Part shown: one piece after another, positions 22,780-28,975 of the stretch
Layout of the letters: each line of letters begins with the position of its first letter
Position numbering within the stretch: the stretch's first letter is position 1
Source of the DNA: Patellaria atrata CBS 101060
Lineage: Eukaryota
DNA length: 28,975 nucleotides
Assembly: GCA_010093705.1 (NCBI GenBank)
Contig: MU006094.1
Span: forward strand, 1,463,550-1,492,524
Direction of reading: 5' to 3'
Made by a program: the position numbers and the translations under genes
Notes under the pieces: generated by a model
The model's input: only the letters and a program-made list of their open reading frames with translations
Databases searched by the model: none
What the model was told of the DNA's origin: nothing

Positions 22780-24809
22780 ATGTCAAAATCAGGCAAAGTG
22801 TGCCTTGCCTACTCGGGCGGACTCGATACGTCGTGTATCCTGAAATGGCTTCTTGACCAAGGGTACGAAGTCGTTTGCTTTCTGGCCGATGTTGGACAGG
22901 TGAGTCAACTTTGCGGCACAAGGGTGCGTAGAAATTCATGAGATATATCTAGTATTGGCGACATGACGATAGCCTTATGGGCAAGATAAGATATTAATAC
23001 GGACATACTCTTCGAAATCTAGAGTATAATCGGATATAATCTTAGCTTGCCCGTACATCCATTGTTGTGTCTCTAGTACTACGCATTCTCATAAATTTCT
23101 ACAATTCTGATGTAACATAAGCTGCAATGCTCGATTCGAGATGCTGATTGCCTGATCTGTAGGAGGAAGATTGGGATCAAGTTCGTGCAAAAGCAAAAAA
23201 GCTAGGAGCAGCCAAGATGGAGATCAAGGATCTTCGCCGCGAGTTTGTAGAGCAGACCTGCTTCCGCGCAATCCAGTGCAACGCACAATATGAGGGTCGT
23301 TACTTGCTTGGTATGAAACTCGTCTAGCAAAATATGATCTCAATTCTATTAACACCAATACAGGTACAAGCCTTGCACGTCCTATCATTGCTCGAGCACA
23401 GATGAAGTTTGCTGCCGAGGAGGGTTGTGAGTTTTCTGTTATACCAATCTACTGCAAGGCTTTTACTAATCCCAAATAGGCCAATATGTCAGTCATGGAT
23501 GTACAGTAAGTACTACTAGTTCTCAACCAGCCTACGAAAACTGGGAACAACTGAATCTGCAATCAATATTGCAGCATGCGATAGCACTCATGGCTCCAAC
23601 AACTGACAGGACTTAGGGGAAAGGCAATGATCAAGTCCGTTTCGAGTTAGCATTCCTCGCGATTGATCCCAAGATTAAGATCATAGCTCCCTGGCGACTA
23701 CCCGAATTCTTTGAGAAATTTGAAGGTAGACAGGCGCTACTAGACTATGCTGAGCACTCGGGCATTCCAGTGACATCAACGAAGGCCAAGCCATACAGCA
23801 TGGATGATAACATTGCCCACTGCAGCTATGAGAGCGGGCAGCTAGAAGATCCATCCTTACCTCCTCCGGATGGCATGTGGACTCGGTGAGTGCTCAACGC
23901 TAATGATCTAATGCACTGGTTATTAACTATCATAAGCACCAATAACCCAGTCACTGCACCATCTACGCCCCAGGAGGTTACTATTCGTTTTGAGAAGGGC
24001 ATTCCAGTCAAGGTGAGCTCTGAAGGCAAGGAATGGACGGACAGCCTTGAGCTCTTCATTGCTCTCAATGAGCTGGGAAAAGTCCACGGCATAGGAAGAA
24101 TTGATATCGTTGAGGTAGAGTGACTTACATTTTCTATTCCGGCAACGCTAAATATAGTAGAATCGTTTTATCGGAATCAAATCGCGAGGCTGCTATGACT
24201 CACCGGCTATGACAATTGTAAGTTGAGTCAGTGCTCGTGCGAGTCAGTAAATTAATGTCTTTATAGCTACAAGCCGCACATCTGGACATTGAAGGCCTTG
24301 TCATGGACGGAAAGGTACGGTCTCTCCGCGACCAGTTCGTGACACACACCTGGTCGGAAATCATTTACAACGGACTGTCAGTTCTCTCTACTAAATTCGT
24401 CGGCTCTGTTACTAATAGACGTGACAGCTACTTCTCACCTGAAAGAGAGTTCGTGGAGAACAGTCTTCTGTTCTCTCAGAGGCGGGTTGTAAGTCTTGCC
24501 TTCCACGTCCACAAGTCTTCAACTCTAACGCCTATCATAGAACGGCGAGGTCCGGCTTCAACTGTACCGCGGCAACGTTTGGATCACAGGTCGTTCATCC
24601 GAGACTGAAAAGATGTATTCTGAAGAGGAGTCATCCATGGATAGCCTCGTTGATTTCAGCCCTGTTGACACTAGTATGCTACAGTCTATCTCCTTGTCGC
24701 GTGCAGTTCTAACTATCGTATAGCCGGGTTCATCAGCATAAATGCTATCCGTCTCAAGAAGTTTGGCGTACAGAAGCAGGAGGAAGGTCATAGCCTTGCA
24801 AATGCGTAA
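22780..24809 (+). CDS. ARG1: Argininosuccinate synthase, 416 aa, 11 exons: 22780-22899, 23163-23310, 23364-23426, 23480-23505, 23617-23885, 23937-24114, 24161-24217, 24267-24376, 24428-24488, 24541-24673, 24724-24809
   Basis: [58 protein letters not shown] and YFSPERE signature motifs. Ten GT-AG introns give a 1251-nt open frame. Confidence 0.97.
22911..23127 (+). ncRNA. Long nested imperfect RNA hairpin filling ARG1 intron 1 (function unknown)
   Basis: Nested helices: 22911-17/23121-27, 22928-43/23087-102, 22950-70/23061-81, 22976-92/23039-55, 23005-11/23021-27. About 65 pairs including 7 G-U, with 3 mismatches. Confidence 0.75.
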
Positions 24810-25384
24810 ATCTTGATAGAAATTACGTCAAGGTCTACCACTCTACTAGTTTTCAATTGACACGAAACACTTATTGCAATTTAACAATAGGAGTTAGCCT
24901 GGAAGCGGATGGCCAGGCTAATACGCATTCAATAACTTAGTATGGGTAGCGTTCAATGCTCTAACAGGATTCTAGATAGAATGTAAAATTGTGTCACGCC
25001 TTCACGGCCCCAATTATATGGCCGACACCTTTATTGTCTGCCTCGCACAGCATAATATCCCTGAAATACCTAACCCTGTCACAAATCTTGATCATTGGTC
25101 GGAGCATTTCGGAGCAATATATGTGAGATAAACTGGATCTACAGGTGCACGGAGTATATCGCTTGATTTGCTACTACTGAGAGATGCGGACTATTTGTAT
25201 ACAGAACGAAGACAACGAGCATGAATCAAAGGAAACAGATAAAACAACACAGATACACGTTGTGTTAGAGATCTATTTCAATACAGTTTGACACAACGTC
25301 TCAAGCTAACATTCCATACCACTATTTCCACTAGCCAGCATCACATTGACCCAATGGTAAGCTCCTCCATCTAACAAGTTCTAT

Positions 25385-25942
25385 TGTTACAACGGGAGTC
25401 TATACTTATCGAGACAGAACTAGATAAGTCTAGAAACGCGCCTGGTTTCTCACTTAGCGTGGTCAACCACAAAGGTAGGTTTGGCGAAGTGATAGGATAC
25501 GTATAACAAAGGCACTTCAAGTTGTCGACACAACTTGCTGACTCCTTGACTTCGGGTAACGCTCACAATGAGACAGGACGTACTGTATGGAAGCAGCGTG
25601 ACAAGTGAAGTCAAGTTCAAAACCGTAACATCCAAATCTATAGGTAAGATTGATGGTAAGAATAACTACGAAGAATCTAAATACATGAGGGAAAGACCGT
25701 CCTTAAATATTCCTATCCTCCATAGTCAATTTGGTGGTGCTCCCACTGCTCCCGTGCTCCCACCTAGGGATCACTGGGAGCATGGGATCGCGTAGTGCTC
25801 CCACTGCTCCTGTGCTCCCACCTAGGGATCACTGGGAGCATGGGATCACGTCACGTGATCTCCGTGCTCGTTGTTCCGTTCCGACGTCCTCGTGCTACCA
25901 TTCCGCTGGTGATGCACTCTCTGTCGTCCTGTGGCCGTAACA
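25385..25942 (-). mobile_element. Probable LTR of an LTR retrotransposon (558 bp, solo-like, reverse orientation)
   Basis: Termini TGTTAC...GTAACA (TG..CA with a 6-bp inverted repeat). On the minus strand, GC-rich tandem repeats come first, then TATTTAAGG (25709-25701), then a pyrimidine-rich stretch, which resembles U3-R-U5 order. No matching TSD and no second LTR in the window. Confidence 0.6.
25737..25851. repeat. Two near-identical tandem 58-bp units, each containing a hairpin
   Basis: Units start at 25737 and 25795 (GTGCTCCCACTGCTCC[C/T]GTGCTCCCACCTAGGGATCACTGGGAGCATGGGATC[G/A]CGT). In each, CC[C/T]GTGCTCCCA can pair with TGGGAGCATGGG. Confidence 0.95.
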
Positions 25943-25989
25943 CTGGTATCCAGCCATCTGATATCCAGCCACCTTGCGTGACCCTCAAT

Positions 25990-27347
25990 TTCACCAATAT
26001 TCAAGACGTATGGTTACAAGATTATAAGCTAAAGGAGCACAACGTCTCTTTTGCTTCTTCCCCAACCTGTTGGACGAATAATCACCTTGGAATGGAGTGG
26101 TTAACCAACGTTTTTGAACCTCAGACGAAAGCAAAGGCTAGACAGGCTCGTGATTGGAGGTTACTGTTGGTTGATGGCCACGGATCACACCTAACACTTC
26201 CCTTTGTTGACTATTGTATCAAGCATCGGATTATACTTGCAAACTTTCCCCCTCATAGTACCCATAAGCTCCAACCTCTTGACGTGTCTCTCCTCTCACC
26301 ACTATCCACGTACTATAGGCAAGAGCTAGATAAGCTGAAGAGTCATAGTGAGGGTAGATATACTGTTACAAAGAGAGATTTTATACGTCTATTCCTCCCC
26401 GCCTTTGAAAAAGCCTTTGTTCCAAAGAATATCCTAAGTGGATTTGCAAAAACAGGTATACAACCATTCAATCCAACGGCTATACTCAAGATATTTGAAG
26501 AGGTGGATGTTCCAGCTGGTCCAGTTGATCAAGAATTATCATCAGACGAATCAGAGATAAACACAAGTGATTGGAGGACTATAAAGAGGAGGTTAAAGGA
26601 GGAATTTGGCCCTACCCCTGACTTAAAAACTCAAAAGCTGAGCGACACCTTATTACTCGCTATCAACGAGAACCAGTCACTTAAACACCGTATAAAGGGG
26701 CTAGAAGAGACTTTAGATCTTGAAAAACAGAAACGTAAGCGTGGTAAACCTATCTTTAAAACTGCTGGCATGAAACTAAATTCAAAATCAACTTTTTGGA
26801 CACCTGCTAAAGTTAGCCGTGCTCTAGACGCAATACGTAGACAAGAAACTGCCTCAAAAGCTGAAGATAAGGTAAGAAAAGAGGTTACTAAGGCAGAGAA
26901 ACAGAAAGAACTGGATGAAAGGCGGCGTTTACAGGCCCAAGACAAGGCAGACAGGCAGGCTAAAGCAGCAGCAGAAAGAGAACGCTTTAGCGCGTTTAGC
27001 TAAACAGCAGCTTAATACTGAGATCAAGGCTTCAAGAGTACGAAAACGAGCACTTATTAGAGCAATTACAACTACTCAAAAGCCTCAAGTTGTTGCTATT
27101 GATGCCCCTCAAGGGGGGGGGGGGGTTGGTGAGGCCTCAACACGGCCTCAACGCTCACGGCGGCCTCCACAACGTTTTGAGATATCTGAAAATTAGTTAG
27201 ATAGGTTCAACAGCATCAAGTTACTACACCATCTAAATCTCCAGCAGCTAGCACGTATATTGAGATAATAGCATTAAAAGATAGATGGGGTCAAATTGTC
27301 CAGACGTCCGTGCAACAGCCGAATCGTGCACGAGCCCGAACCTACGT
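25990..27347 (+). mobile_element. 5'-truncated pogo/Fot1-family (Tc1/mariner superfamily) DNA transposon; partial DDE_1 transposase plus probable right terminus
   Basis: WTNNHLGMEWL..VFEP, RLLLVDGHGSH and FPPHSTHKLQPLD motifs; a charged C-terminus with a frameshift near 26980 that ends RPQRSRRPPQRF. The probable right TIR has two CGTGCA..GCCGAA-like repeats and ends ACGT at 27347. The N-terminal HTH, first catalytic D and left TIR are absent. Confidence 0.88.
27113..27125 (+). repeat. G13 homopolymer in the transposase 3' region
   Basis: 13 consecutive G residues. Confidence 0.9.
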
Positions 27348-27792
27348 CTAAAAGCGGCTACGGACTATCTGTTTTTGGTGGCTACCGCTAAAGCCCTCAT
27401 GTCCGTTCACGGCAATGTTTCAACACCTCTTGCGATTGTATTCTTTTCACTACGCATCTATCGCGTCTTTCGTTGGCACGCTACTCGCTGATACTGTGCC
27501 CTTACCAAGGGAAAAAAATGGCTGGTGGAGCGGTGGGGGTGTCTATCTAATGGACGATGGTGAATGCCCTTTTATATTTCGTCTGTCTTCTCCATGCAAG
27601 TAGATGGCGAGCCTGCGCCACGTCGTAGCCTCGTGGGTAGCGCGTTGAATCACTGCTATATAATCTTCCCATCATTTGTCCTTCGAAGTCTGCTTCCCTC
27701 CTGTCGACGTTCGACTTATAGACCTAGGACTGATATGCCGAACGAATCACACGAGTAACACTTACCGGGAGGTCGCTCGCGAATTTAGTTTT

Positions 27793-28975
27793 ATGGCTCT
27801 CATACGCCTCTTGCACCGCAAGCCCGACGGAGAGATCGTCTTTCGCGAACCCACCGGCGGCGATGTCCCTTCCTACACAATACTCTCCCATACCTGGGGA
27901 AAAGAGGAGGTCAGCTTTCAAGACATGGAAGCCGGCACGGCTAGGAGCAAGGCTGGCTGGAGGAAGATAGAGTTCTGCGCTAAGCAGGCTACAGCAGACG
28001 GACTACAATATTTCTGGATAGATACTTGTTGTATCGATAAAAAGAACGCCGTAGAGCTTTCAGCGGCTATCAATTCGATGTTTCGGTGGTATCAGAAGGC
28101 AGTGCGGTGCTACGTCTACCTTTCAGATGTCTCTATTCACGGTGAAGGTCAGGACGGACAGTCTAGCTCTACATGGGAAGCCGCATTTAGGAAGAGTCGA
28201 TGGTTCACTCGGGGTTGGACGCTTCAAGAGCTTATTGCGCCGGCACAAGTCGACTTCTTTAGCTCCGGGGGCAATCGACTCGGGAATAAGCTATCGTTAG
28301 AACAAATGGTCTACGATATTACCGGTATCAATAGAAATGCTCTCAGTGGTGATCCGTTGCCCACCTTCACTATTCCTGAGCGGATGTCTTGGGCAGAGCG
28401 CCGCCAAACCACTATCGAAGAAGATGAGATCTACTCGCTCCTTGGAATCTTCAATGTCTCATTACCCCTTATCTATGGCGAGGGAAGAGAAAATGCATCT
28501 AGACGGCTTCGAGAAGAGATAGACAAGGTCAATAAAGGTTAATTTAACTTCTACTAAAGGGAGACCGAATAGTGCTCACGAAACTAGGCGCTAACTTCGA
28601 ACGATTTTCTATCGGCCTTAACCTCTCGACCCTACCTCACCATGTTCAATTTGTTGCAAGGTCGAAGGAGCTTACGGAAATGCACCGGATGCTCCACGGC
28701 CACAGCACTCGATCTATTGTTATCCTTCATGGTCTTGGAGGGATCGGAAAGACTCAACTAAGTCTCGCCTACGCTATGCGACACGAAGAAAAGTTCAGTG
28801 CAATATTCTGGTTAAATGCGAATGACGAGGGTTCTCTCAAGCTTAGCTTTCGAGCCATCGCTCAGCAGATCCTAAAATATCATCCTTCGACCAGTCTACT
28901 TGCTAGTATAGACTTGGACGACCTCGACCAAGTAGGGCATGCGGTCAAGGCCTGGCTCGATCTCCAGAAGAATAC
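27793..28975 (+). CDS. Fungal NLR-like protein: HET domain + NB-ARC NTPase, 3' partial; exons 27793-28537, 28588->28975
   Basis: HET motifs YTILSHTWG, YFWIDTCCIDK, AINSMFRWY and SRWFTRGWTLQELIAP. After intron 28538-28587 the frame continues FVARSKEL..ILHGLGGIGKTQL (Walker A, 28731-28754) and AIFWLNA, and stays open to the window end. Confidence 0.92.

Noticed and set aside
22704..22857. Upstream ATG frame overlapping the ARG1 start as an arginine attenuator peptide
   Set aside because: It does not resemble the AAP, which belongs to CPA1/arg-2, and the ATG may lie upstream of the TSS.
22963..23110. Box C/D snoRNA in ARG1 intron 1 (ATGACGA at 22963, CTGA at 23107)
   Set aside because: Box C is imperfect and buried in a long helix, and I recognise no rRNA-antisense element. 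Not fully excluded without a snoRNA scan.
25737..25851. CRISPR-like repeat array
   Set aside because: Only two directly abutting units, no unique spacers, no cas genes, and a eukaryotic context.
27676..27792. TTG-initiated N-terminal extension of the HET protein
   Set aside because: The ATG at 27793 gives the typical M..RLL start of HET-domain proteins.

Overview
Intron-rich genomic DNA of a filamentous ascomycete (introns mostly ~50 nt, GT..AG, CTRAY branch points). Apparently intact genes: a 5'-truncated membrane GT2 glycosyltransferase, an NmrA-like reductase, two secreted BBE-like FAD oxidoreductases, the NDR kinase DBF2, a secreted PEBP-family protein with a 10-nt micro-exon, an 11-exon argininosuccinate synthase (ARG1) and a 3'-truncated HET + NB-ARC fungal NLR. 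Three decayed genes lie among them (a GH16 glucanase, a copy of the splicing factor YJU2, and a DAO-type FAD oxidoreductase); most of their point lesions are TpG/CpA->TpA changes as expected from RIP. Between ARG1 and the NLR sit a probable reverse-oriented LTR and a 5'-truncated pogo/Fot1 transposon. The most notable unexplained signal is ARG1 intron 1 (263 nt). It is almost filled by a ~65-bp nested hairpin with 7 G-U pairs against 1 A-C mismatch on the sense strand, and a mutually exclusive 11-bp helix is also possible. It is a candidate structured intronic RNA (splicing regulator, milRNA precursor or introner-like element). All exon models and base pairings were worked out by hand; no searches were run.
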